Shown: piece after piece, positions 26,267 through 37,359 of the stretch | Layout: each line of letters opens with the position of its first letter | Numbering within the stretch: the first letter of the stretch is position 1 | Source: Octopus sinensis | Taxonomy: Eukaryota | DNA: 64,000 nucleotides | Direction: 5' to 3' | NCBI RefSeq assembly: GCF_006345805.1 | Contig: NW_021836170.1 | Location: 1-64,000, forward strand | Program-made: the position numbers and the translations under genes | Notes under the pieces: generated by a model | Databases searched by the model: none | Told to the model about the DNA's origin: nothing | The model's input: the letters and a program-made list of their open reading frames with translations, nothing else

Positions 26267-26988
26267 TCAAGTCACCGTTTCAAATAGAAGGCCAATGAAG
26301 TGGGTCAAATCGAATAAAATCAAAGTTTTCAGACCAATCTGGACGACTCTCCAAATAATTTGTTTCACAAGATTCATCCATTTGAAGGCTTGCCGGCTCA
26401 ACTGGAGGAAAATTAGTGTCACCCCCAAAAATATTATCCCAGGAATAAAAAATGTTATCAAATGGTTCCAAATATGAAAAAGTAGGCTCATTAGAGGACG
26501 AATTGAGAAACATCTTATCGTCTCCACCAATAGGGTCTTCGTCCAATATAACGAGCTCTCCCAATCCCTTTGAGTTCTCTGGGCAAAAAGGAGTAGAGAG
26601 AAAAGTGTCGTCATCTTCCACTGCGGAGAAGATTCAAGTTCTGCAGACTTGTTTGGAAACGACACTTCCTCAATCCTCCTAGTTCCCTCAGATGGGTTTA
26701 AAAGTTTTTGAGTTAAAAGTTGATTGCGTTTCATTAATTGCAAATTTTGAAGCTTAAGTTGAGCGTTGGTCTCTTCCAAGGTCAACAACTGCTCTTCTAG
26801 AGAGCTCACGTAGATTTTTTTCCTGTCACGAGCTATTTGAGCAGCAATTCGGTTCTTTACTTTTCTATATAGTGGTTAATACTTTTAGTTTACCTTTTCT
26901 GAAGCTTTTCTTGCGCAGTTAACCGAGTATTTACACAAGTTAAAGATACAGGAAATTGACCAGAATTAACAACCAAACGCTTATCCAT
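26267..26988 (-). CDS. XBP1: X-box binding protein 1 (bZIP). XBP1u is 230 aa ending at 26267; XBP1s is 219 aa ending at 26280.
   Basis: After a 29-nt intron (26865-26893) the protein reads EKLQKRKVKNRIAAQIARDRKK..SLEEQ followed by a leucine zipper. Two overlapping C-terminal frames are joined by an IRE1-type intron. Confidence 0.95.
26624..26643 (-). other. IRE1-cleaved unconventional intron, 20 nt
   Basis: Two 7-nt CNG|CAGN loops (CTGCAGA, CCGCAGT) on 5-bp and 6-7-bp stems, plus a 9-bp basal stem. Excision switches to the acidic frame. Confidence 0.9.
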
Positions 26989-27109
26989 ATAAATAAACCA
27001 AATTATTTAAAAATTAGTTTAAAATTAGTTTAGCCATATAATATTTTTATTATTATAATATTTAAAAAAACAAATTAATTAACCAAAACGATTAATTATT
27101 AATTTTTAA

Positions 27110-28000
27110 TTAATGCGTCTGCTCTCAGTCGATTCTCTTCCTCTTTGAACCAGAGCCAATCTTTTCAATGCCCACACTCATCCATCTCACAGGACCAGGC
27201 TCCTCTGTGGTCGCTATCAAGTCTGACTCAATACCTACCCACACTCGGCAAACTTTCTCCTTTGTTTTAAATCAAGACTTTTGACATTCTTCCGGCAGAA
27301 TTATTTCAAACTTATGTTCTTTACGCATACTCTCCAATCTTTTCCGAATAACCACAGACTGAATGTAAGCTCGTGTATGTTCTTTGAGACCGATTGAGTC
27401 GCATTATAAACGTCGTCTATGTTAATAAAAATGGCACCTGTAACCTTGGCGTTGTGAATTACTCTGAGTTTACTGGAAAGCAAATCGTATTTATGGAGCT
27501 TTTCCACCTCAACCTGACTTATAAGCATGATTATGTTCCTCATTTTGTCGAGTACGAAGATGTGCGGCTTGTCTTTATTGTCAGGTCAACACAAATCTCC
27601 ACAGAGTTATTCGCAGCCACTGACTCAACAGAGTGGATTTTCAATTTTCTAGATTTCTTAATTCCATACTCCTTGCATTAATTCTGATGTATACACTTCA
27701 TTATTTCGTTGTGTCTTCGTAGGTAGTCACTATTTATCATTTGACCACATCTAAATGATTAACTGTTTTTCTGACTCAGTTAAAGTGACTGCACAATGCT
27801 CTAGCATTGTCGGAAATAATAAGTTCCCGTATTAGACACGGCAGCCCCTTGGTTCTCAGTGAGTTATTTCCATGTGATAACCACCAAGACAATTCCTTCA
27901 GATCCACGTCCAAATCATCATACCAATTAAACAAAATAGAGTGAACGGGCTTTCTCCGTACATTCTTGAATTCTTAGTTCATACAGGAAAAGTGCCATCA
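27110..28000 (-). mobile_element. R4/Dong-like retrotransposon 3' end including 3' UTR
   Basis: CGQMINSDYLRRHNEIMKCIH and QVEVEKLHKYDLL. The 3' UTR is homologous to 39790-40110. Confidence 0.78.
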
Positions 28001-28521
28001 TCGTAGTTCACCTTTGTAGCGACGACATGGAAATAACTATTCAGTTACGAAGGGAGACTACATGATTTTCCGTTGTAAAAAAATTTTACTAATTTGTTGG
28101 CTTCTGAAGTAACTTCAAAAATGATGGTTTTGAAAATAATTTTCTGGATCACCGGAGCTATTATTTAATTAAATTACATGGTTATTTCAGGTCAAATGAA
28201 CACATAAACCTCTTCTTTTTAGGTACTTTCCCCAATCCCTTGTCAACAAAATTAGCAACGATTCATACTAAAAGTTGAGAATCCACTTATTATATTTACA
28301 TTATTTTCCTGATATTCTTCTAGTTCTAAACGATTTTATTTGAACCTCAAATTGTTTACCATAACCTGCTGGCAGTCATCATGGCAATTCATCTATTCCC
28401 TAATCAACATACATTAAGTTTACCCTCTGTTGCTCGCCATTTCTATAACTCGCCACTTTTTTGGAAAAAATGCCATTTTTACTAACAACAAGCCCTGCCG
28501 CAAGATGAGAACAATATATTA

Positions 28522-30071
28522 TGTGACATGGTTTGCGTGACACCTATGGGCCGCGTGTTACCTGACGTGACCTTGAAGCTTAACTTAATGTCAATATTGT
28601 AATTAATATTAAACTTCAAAGAATAATAACTTGTTAATTATTTTTTAAGTCTGGACATTGGCACAATCGAAATTTCGCTCATCGAATTTTTTATCTATTA
28701 AATTTAAATGTTTAAACTACCTCAACGCGATTGTTCGATAAAATACTGATAATTTCTGCAGATGGATAATATGGAGATTCAAACTTATCCAGTCGCAACG
28801 AAGGATTTGTTCCAAAGTCTTTTTTAACTCGAACCTAAACATTAATTTTTATGCATACCTTATCACCAACACTAAATTCATACTTACTATTGTGAACATT
28901 CATTTTTCTGTTCATCGCTTTGTAATAATTAGAATTAGGATCAATGGGGTGATTTCGAACTGAATCTTTTCGGACTTGTAAACGAATAATTACAATCATC
29001 TACATATAGAATTCAAATTACATGAATTTTCAATTGGACTCGGACAATTGTTTGCATCATCGACTTGATCAGGACTCAACAAATCATTACTTGAATTATC
29101 TAAGGAATAATTTTATAATTACAACCAAAATATTGTATTTATTCCACTTATTCCCCGGTATCTTTCAAAAGGGCTCTCATTAGAAGATGAGTGGACAGAA
29201 ATGTTATAACTGTACACTGCATTTTCTAATTTTTCCAGCCACTTTTTTTATCATTGTCGATCATTTTGCCATTTTTCTTGTAATTGACTGGTTGAAGCGT
29301 TCGACAATCCCTTGTGAGCGGGGATTGTTTGGCCTTCCGTGAATTCGTTTGATATTGAATTCCTCACATAGATTGGTCATTTCACGATTCTTGAATTCAG
29401 TCCCATTATCGGACTGAAGAAATTGACACGGACCATTTAAGAAAAATAATGATCTAAGGTTTTCACAAACTTCATTTGAGGACTTAGTGTAGAGCGGCCT
29501 CGCAAATGCAAATCTATAAAAATTGATAAAAAACTAACCTGCTATATACGTCAATGACCGTTAAAATCCATTGTCTAGACAAATCACTAGCTTGTGATCT
29601 GAATTCGCACATTTAAGATACAATCTATACATTTACAATTTGTATGATACCTTTCATTAATTACAGTAAAATTTTCAATTTTCTTAACTAGTCTATATTT
29701 TTTTTGCTTTGTAAGATATTCAGGAAATTTATCCTGTAAAGCATCTTTTAAAATTTGATATTCCAAACTATTCTTTACATAACCTTTGTACGAGGACATT
29801 GCTGCAAATATACTTGCACGCTAGAAATAATTCAAGAAATTTAGGTTTTCCACCAAAAAAAAATTAATTTCTGATAATTAAATTCCTATAAATATAATTT
29901 TTTGTCAAAATGAGAGAGTCTTTAGCTAATTTAGTAAATTATTAAATGATAAGAATGAGTCGCGGTCTAATTAAAAGATTTATAATTTAATCCCATCAAT
30001 GTCATAATTGTACATTTCAAGGTCACGTCAGGTATCGCGCAAACCATAGGTATCGCGCAAACCATGTCACA
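28522..30071 (-). mobile_element. Ginger-type (integrase) DNA transposon, internally deleted, with an intron-containing transposase (28712-29799)
   Basis: TGTGACATGGTTTGCG...TGTCACA TIRs. Integrase motifs WILTVIDVYSRFAFARPL, LQSDNGTEFKN, HGRP..P..QGIVERFNQ and FSVGDKV. Confidence 0.88.
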
Positions 30072-30537
30072 TATGGGATCTGGGATCATTAATTTATCTA
30101 TAATTGTCCGAAATTTTTTATTTTATGGTCTCCCTTAATAGGTTCTTCAATGCTTTTTTTCCATTTGGCGTGCTGAAAACATTTTGATATTGTATCCACC
30201 GACGCATTTTTCCAGGCAAGATAAGAAAATAAAAACTCAGAGAAGAGTTATCAACAAGATAAATTATAATTTCTCTTTTTGATTATAAGATAAACTAGAA
30301 CACTTCCTCATGTTACACAAAAAGATACGCGGTATAAATATTCACAAAATTATTTTTGTAATAATAAATTATTATTTTTTTTAATACTAAAACGTGGCGA
30401 ATAAGAGAATTTGGCGAGCAATGGAATTTTCGGCCGGATGATGCAGTGCTTGAAGGATTTGGGCAGTTTTGCAAAGCTCCCTGATTCGAATCTCAATCTT
30501 ATCATTCCGCCTGAAGGTTCCATTCATATTAAATGCA

Positions 30538-30620
30538 CCGGATTGACGAGTGACACCGTCATCAGTGATTTCACTGCGAAACCGGATGTCTCCTCGGCCA
30601 CAAAAGAAAGGAAAAATAAA
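30538..30620. repeat. Dispersed double-hairpin repeat, copy 2, followed by a solo 30-bp Ginger TIR end (30630-30659)
   Basis: CCGGATTGACGAGTGACACCGTCATCAGTGATTTCACTGCGAAACCGGATGTC, then GGCCCATAGGTGTCACGCAAACCATGTCACA. Confidence 0.78.
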
Positions 30621-31787
30621 TGGACCAGGGCCCATAGGTGTCACGCAAACCATGTCACACCATAAAAGAAGAGGAGTTTATAGACTTTACGTACTCTGAA
30701 AATACGAACTTTATGAATTTCTACAAAACAATAACGATGAAAATGACAAGTTGGACAATTTAATTATAGAAGATTGTCAAAGAAACAAATGTATCACACA
30801 TCGAGACGCGATAAATGTGTTTCGGACCTCAAAAACATTTTTACATGACGATCATTTTAATGTGAATATGCTTGAAAGTTTAATAAAAATGCAAAAAAAT
30901 AGAGAAAATATCAGTCAAAAAAACTATTAATGATTACTTAAAATCTTGGTTTTTTAATAAATGTTTCAGATATTTATTTAAATGTTTAGAATCACTTAAA
31001 TAGGTAGTTAAAATTATACAAAAATTTTTTTGATAGAAAATAGGATATTGATTGTTTCATATATTTCTCTTTGTGTTGTTAGAAGGCGTGTTTATGATAC
31101 AGACTTAAATCAATTCATAAGTAAGCGTCCTAATGTCAGAATTTTTAAATTCTTTATCGTTGTCTAATTATAAAATCATAGAAGATCCATGTTCATGAAA
31201 TATGCTTTTTAATTAAAATGCAACCTAAATCTTAATAATAAATTGGTATGGTGTGTGTCTGTCTATGTGTATGCGCACACCAACTTCAAATTAGCAAAAT
31301 ACAGATAAACTGTCAGAATCCTTTCCCATTATAATTAGCTAATATCGGAGAAATAGTCCAAAACGAGGAGGCCCTCCAAAAATCGAACGTATTAAGAATA
31401 TCCCCGATAATGAGGTCTTTAAAATTTTCCCGACAAAAAATGAACAACAAAGATCCCAAATCCCTATAGGTGGTGACAGGTGCAGCGGTTATTGTTTAAT
31501 AATAATAATAATAATTGAAAAAAACTGCATGATAAAACGTTTGCTAGCTAAAATTAATTTTTAAAAATAAAGTCAATTTGTTCCAATAATTTTTGTTATG
31601 ATCAACTACATAGATTATTTACTTTCAATTTTCAAAAAAAGTTAATTGAACAGGTTTTGTATTAAAAAACATTTATTTATAAAGAAAACTAACATCTTAT
31701 AAAAATTTATTTTTCAAATTATTTAAATTGTTAAAAATTTTGAGAATTTTTTTCACTATATAAATTAATTTTCGCCGTCCGATTTAA

Positions 31788-33220
31788 ATGATTTTTGGCC
31801 CTGCAGACATTGCTGTGTTTTCGTTAATTCCGATACTGCCTATTGTCCAAATTGTCATTGAGGCACTAATGCGGAAATTGCCAGTAATTGCACATCTTCA
31901 GCCTATATAGGGAAATTTTGAGCGGTATTTGGTCGGGGATCGGAATCTCCATCTAATTCCATGCACATTGTCACTAATCGCGAACTTTCAATCCGCAATT
32001 TTTATTACAGGAGTTGTTTACGAAACCTATATGACCAACTTCCACTTTTTCTGGCTTGCTTTGGGATACATTCCAGGAGCTCTAATTTCTGGAGAATTGT
32101 TAATTCCTCATTTTTTCAAAAATAAGATCTTAAATGGATTTCAGGTCCTCATTTTTATTTTTTTTAGATTTTTACAAATCGGTTCAATTCTGAGCTCATA
32201 GAACGGGCAGTCAGTGTGGTTTATGTTTTTCAAACTGTAAACACTACCAAACATTTTATAGGTCGTTTATCTCTCTGTCGTTATGTATGTTCCTGCAAAT
32301 TTTCTCCGTCTCAGTATGATTGACTAAATAATTTGCCAGTAGCTGGAATTGATCTTTATGCGTCTATTCTGATCATTTCTGGGATTTGCGTAATCTACAC
32401 GACAATTGTCAGAATATTCGTATCTATATTAGGGAGGCGTCAGGTTGGTAATACTGTCCGACATGATCCAAATGATTTTCATCGCAATTGGAATTCTAGT
32501 TATTTTAGCACTGTCGACATCAAAAGTCGACAAATCGTTCCATCAAATTCTTAATGAGGCTGCTCAAAATACTGAATTAAACGGATTCGGGTCTGAATTG
32601 TTACTTATAGTTTTAGAATATTCCAAAAATTGATTTTGGCAATTTTCCTCACGTCAAGCATTTATGGGTCCAATCAGACCATGATTCAACGCTACTTAGG
32701 TTTGGGGTCCGTGAAGAAGGCTAAACTGTACGAATCCTATTCTATTAAAGGGCGTTGTATTTACACTTGCTCGGAAATTGTACGTTTTTCACTCTTTGTG
32801 GATTTATTGGGATCGTAGCTAAGCAACTAGTTACTAAGGAGATGTTAAAGGAACAAAATTTAACAAAATTCGACGTTTAAAGTTTTGATAAATTTCTAGA
32901 TCTTGTTCTATCTTGTAACTAACGTTCTTTCAAAGTATAAAGGACTGGCTGGGCTTTTTATTGGGACATTATTCTCAGCCGCATTAAGGTAAATTTTCTT
33001 GAAAAGTATTAGTACTTTGTCTTCGGGGTTAAACTCCGTGATCTCTGTAAAAGTGGAATGTAGAAAACCAAGATTCAAAATCCCTTCTAATTTTGCGAAT
33101 TTTGTGTATGTATTTCAGTTTATAATGATAGGTTTTGTTTTTGGAGTGCTTGTTTCAGGGCTGTCCCTCACACCTATGCTTAGAACCGCTCAATCTCAGC
33201 AGATTGCGTTTATTATTCTA
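31788..33220 (+). CDS. SLC5A: Sodium:solute symporter (SLC5A6/SLC5A8-like), 3'-truncated by a fold-back junction
   Basis: Spliced YLVGDRNL..IPCTLSLIANFQSA, GRRQV/VILSDMIQ, YGSNQTMIQRYL and GLAGLFIGTLFSAALSTLSSGLNS. 27-nt intron at 31884-31910. The frame runs into the inverted copy at about 33220. Confidence 0.82.
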
Positions 33221-33223
33221 AGC

Positions 33224-34050
33224 AAAACTATAAGTAACAATTCAGACCCGAATCCGTTTAATTCAGTATTTTGAGCAGCCTCATTAAGAATTTGATGGAA
33301 CGATTTGTCAACTTTTGATGTCGACAGTGCTAAAATAACTAGAATTCCGATTGCAATGAAAATCATTTGGATCATGTCGGACAGTATTACCAACCTGACG
33401 CCTCCCTAATATAGCTACGAATAGTCTGACAATTGTCGTGTAGATTACGCAAATCCGAGAAATGATCAGAATATACACCCAAAGATCAAATCCAGTTACT
33501 GACAAATTATTTAGTCAATCATACTGAGACGGAGAAAATTTGCAGGAACATACATAACGACAGAGAGATAAGCGACCTATAAAATGCTTGGTAGTGTTTA
33601 CAGTTTGAAAAACATAAACCACACTGACTGCCCGTTCTATGAGCTCAGAATTGAACCGATTTGTAAAAATCTAAAAAAATAAAAAATGAGGACCTGAAAT
33701 CCGTTTAAGATCTTATTTTTGAAAAAATGAGGAATTAACAATTCTCCAGAAATAAGAGCTCCTAGAATGTATCCCAAAGCAAGCCAGAAAAAGTGGAAGT
33801 TGGTCATAAAGGTTTCGTAAACAACTCATGTAATAAAAATTGCGGATTTAAAGTTCGCGATTAGTGACAATGTGCATGGAATTAGATGGAGATTCCGATC
33901 CCCGACCAAATACCGCTCAAAATTTCCCTATATAGGCTGAAGATGTGCAATTACTGGCAATTTCCGCATTAGTGCCTCAATGACAATTTGGACAATAGGC
34001 AGTATCGGAATTAACGAAAACACAGCAATGTCTGCAGGGCCAAAAATCAT
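33224..34050 (-). pseudogene. Inverted partial duplicate of the SLC5 gene 5' half
   Basis: Near-identical reverse complement of 31788-32614. Flank homology continues to 35447 across the Ginger insertion. Confidence 0.9.
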
Positions 34051-34143
34051 TTAAATCGGACGGCGAAAATTAATTTATATGGTGAAAAAAATTCTCGAAA
34101 TTTTTAAAAATTTAAATAATTTGAAAAATAAATTTTTATAAGA

Positions 34144-35332
34144 TGTCACAGTCGGATAAATGGACATGCGAATAAATGGACACTTTCAAAATTTCATTTT
34201 TAAGCAATATTACCATACAAAATACATGTTAATTTTTTCCAAATCTCACTTTAAACACATTTTTAATAATTTTGGTACCTGTTGAAAAAAGCAGGGTCTC
34301 GAAAAAACCAACATCCCACTGACATCAACAATTTTTATTGATTATCGAGAAATCTATTTGATTTTTGGTTAACCATTAAAAAATAATGATTTAAAATTGT
34401 AAATAAATCTGTTAAAATTGAGATAATAATTAAAATTTACATTAGAAAATAGAAAAAAATTCTAGATTCCATATAAAAGCTTCGTCTGCTCCTAATCCTA
34501 ACTCAAATCTTAAACAATTAACCCAAACCCTATGCGGGCTTCCAATTCTTAAAAAAATTTTTTTTTTTTTTGAAACTTTATATCTTTGTTATGAAAGCAA
34601 GAAAGAAATTAAAGATAGCTAAAAAATTTAGATGAAAAATTTTAAACAAAATCGTTAGCTCATCTAAAATACCCAAGAGAATTTATCGTTAATTTCAGAA
34701 TATCTGCATAGATCAATGAGATCTGGTATATACATTTCCATTTTCAAAGCAATACCTCAGCTTCAACTCAATGACATTCTAAAAGCCAACCCAAACACTA
34801 ACAAAACCCTAACGCTAAAAATAATTAAGCCTAACCCTAACCAAACCCTAACGCTTAACGTAACCAACCCTAAACCTAATTGTACCAATCCAATTAATTT
34901 CAAACTTTTACTAAATCCTAATTTTTAAAACCAACTCTAACTTGACAGAAACTCCTATTAAGCCCTAACTCAGCGGTTCTGGTCGCAATCGCAATTTGGC
35001 TGAATTTTTAATAAAGAATACATTTCTATTTTCAAAGCATATGTTTTTCGCAAGCTGCTTTAGCCTAAATCGTTGTTTTCTGCTGGGACTGTCGTATAAT
35101 GAGTTTTCTTCTTGGTTTTCTCTGATTTTTTTGATTTTTTCAAGAATTTCTTTGCTGAGCTTCACAATACGCATAGTTCCACGCTTTTTTTATAAATTAA
35201 AAAGTACAATATTTCTCTAAAATATTTAACTAATTGTTAATATTGATGTATAAAATAACTATTGATATATTTTTTAAATATTTTTAAGCTAGGTGTCTAT
35301 TTATTCGCGTGTTTATTTATCCGACTGTGACA
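34144..35332 (-). mobile_element. Non-autonomous Ginger-like element with 5-bp TSD and CCCTAA-rich interior
   Basis: TIR TGTCACAGTCGGATAAAT/ATTTATCCGACTGTGACA. TAAGA is duplicated here and single in the empty site of the other arm at about 31696. Residual N-terminal ORF ...RKQRFRLKQLAKN... Confidence 0.85.
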
Positions 35333-35519
35333 TAAGATGTTAGTTTTCTTTATAAATAAATGTTTTTTAATACAAAACCTGTTCAATTAACTTTTTTTTG
35401 AAAATTGGAAGTAAATAATATATGTAGTTGATCATAACAAAATTATTTTTTAGGCTGTGTAGTGCGCTGTTTGCATGTGTTTTACGCATTATCACGTCTT
35501 GATCGCCTCTAAATAGGGA

Positions 35520-35745
35520 TCTAAGTTTCTTAACTTTTCGCCAATGTTCGTCCAGCTTAGACTTTTATTTGACAAGTTCACTAAATTCTGTTTTCTCCAC
35601 ATTTACATTTAGGAACGACTCAGCAAGTTTATTTGCCATCACTTCCAATAGGCATTCTAGAGCATTCCTGTCGGAGGAAATAATATTCACATCATCTGCG
35701 TATGCCGCCACATTGATCTTTCCTTTATAGTATAGTTTTAATTCT
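35520..35745 (-). mobile_element. RTE-like RT fragment
   Basis: KGKINVAAYADDVNIISSD...LNVNVEKTE, same family as 6120-7040. Confidence 0.85.
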
Positions 35746-37359
35746 CCAGATAGAGGATTCGTCAAGGAATTTTGTAAGGACATCCATAAATTTTTGACGA
35801 TTCATCAAGTTAATGCGGGCACATTCCTATTTATATTTAATGCCACTATTCTATCACTTTAATCTAAGAATTTAAGGCCCAGTTTTCTACATAAACAACG
35901 TCTCTCGCTTTTAAATGAAAATAATGTGCCATATTTAAAGGAAACTGCTCAGTGTTGCAATATTTAGAGGAAACTGCTGAGCGATCCGTACAGACTACTC
36001 TCCATAACTAATTATAACTTTATTTTTTTGTAAAATTCGGCAAAACCCAATTTAAACAATCTTGGAAAAACAACAAAAGAAAATTAAACATTCCTTGTTC
36101 CAGGTTTAGTATCTTTCTTTCACTCTCTTCCAAAGTCCTTAATAATAAAGGAGTACATAATATACCTAAAGCAGGATCCTCTTGACTGACGCGGGTATGC
36201 CGAAAGGATGTCCGCCCTGTTCTGAACAACACAAACGAGTTATCGCTACTCTTGCAGGTTAAAAAATATTTAGCAAGCATATCTCTGCGAATCGTGTTGT
36301 CCACCTTGCGGACCGCAGAGTGACTTAAAAGATATTTCGGTGGCAACTCAGGAGTTACGTTTTGAAGAAAATAACAGGTTTATTATTTTAGAAAAAGACA
36401 TTGGTATTTATTGTGGTATCCATCCGTATCTCTAGGAAATCATTTGCATCTGTAGAATTTACTGACTATGTCTAAGCCTCTTTGATCTTTGAATATCATA
36501 TCAACGACAAAGCCGAACGTGAAAGTATCTAATTGCTTTATTATGTCGTTTATTTATTTATCAGGACCAAAAACACCGTCATAACAATAATTAACTATTT
36601 CAGGTGATCCCAGCCTCTTTTAGAAACCTTCGCATCTTTTCTCTGTTTTACAGCGCATTGTCTAAGAGGTCGGGGATCCCGAAAATTGACTTTTTTCCTG
36701 GGGTCTCCACCGTTTTCTTTCACAATTTCTTCTAGTCCCTTTGGTTGAATTTGATTACCCGTGACATTCGCTAGGAGGTTTACAATCTTCATTTGAATAT
36801 TGTCAATTTTTTGACATTTGTATATGCTAGATTGCTTCCCCATACTGTACATCCGTAAACAATTGTTGGTTTAATTTATTGGGTGTATAGAGACTCTAAT
36901 CCGTAAGTTCCTTTGGCGTCTTCCAAGTTTCCAAGAAATGCTTTAAGAAAGTTTAGTTTCTTATTCCATTTCTTCAACACGTTTTCCGTATGAATAGTAA
37001 AGGTTAGAAAGGTGAAATGAAGTGGTTTCAAAAAGTAAATTACAATCTTCTAAATTATTGCATTTTTTCATTTGTAGGAAATTATTCATCATTTTTTCAT
37101 CCAGGTACGATGAACAAAATTCTGCAAATAATTGATTAAGTTCCTCACCCGTTCTGTGTGATAGGAAGCTAAGAATGATCGCGCTGAAGTCGGACAATCT
37201 GAATAATGATACCGTCCTCTTAAAATTTGACACATTCAGATTCCGAGTCACTCTATCTGGTAATAGAAACAGACTGCTGACCATCTAGCCTCACGATGTG
37301 TTAGCAGTGATTATTTTCGAAGACATAATGAAGTGGTTAAGTGTATTCATCTTCAGTTA

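Noticed and set aside
30538-30602. Hammerhead, HDV-like ribozyme or SECIS in the double-hairpin repeat
   Set aside because: CTGATGA is present but GAAA precedes it by 3 nt rather than following helix II, and one copy has CTGATAA. The TCCTCG lacks a P3/P1 partner. The spacing is too short for a SECIS.
34770-34970. True telomere or chromosome-fusion site
   Set aside because: The repeats are highly degenerate, short and enclosed by TIRs with a TSD.
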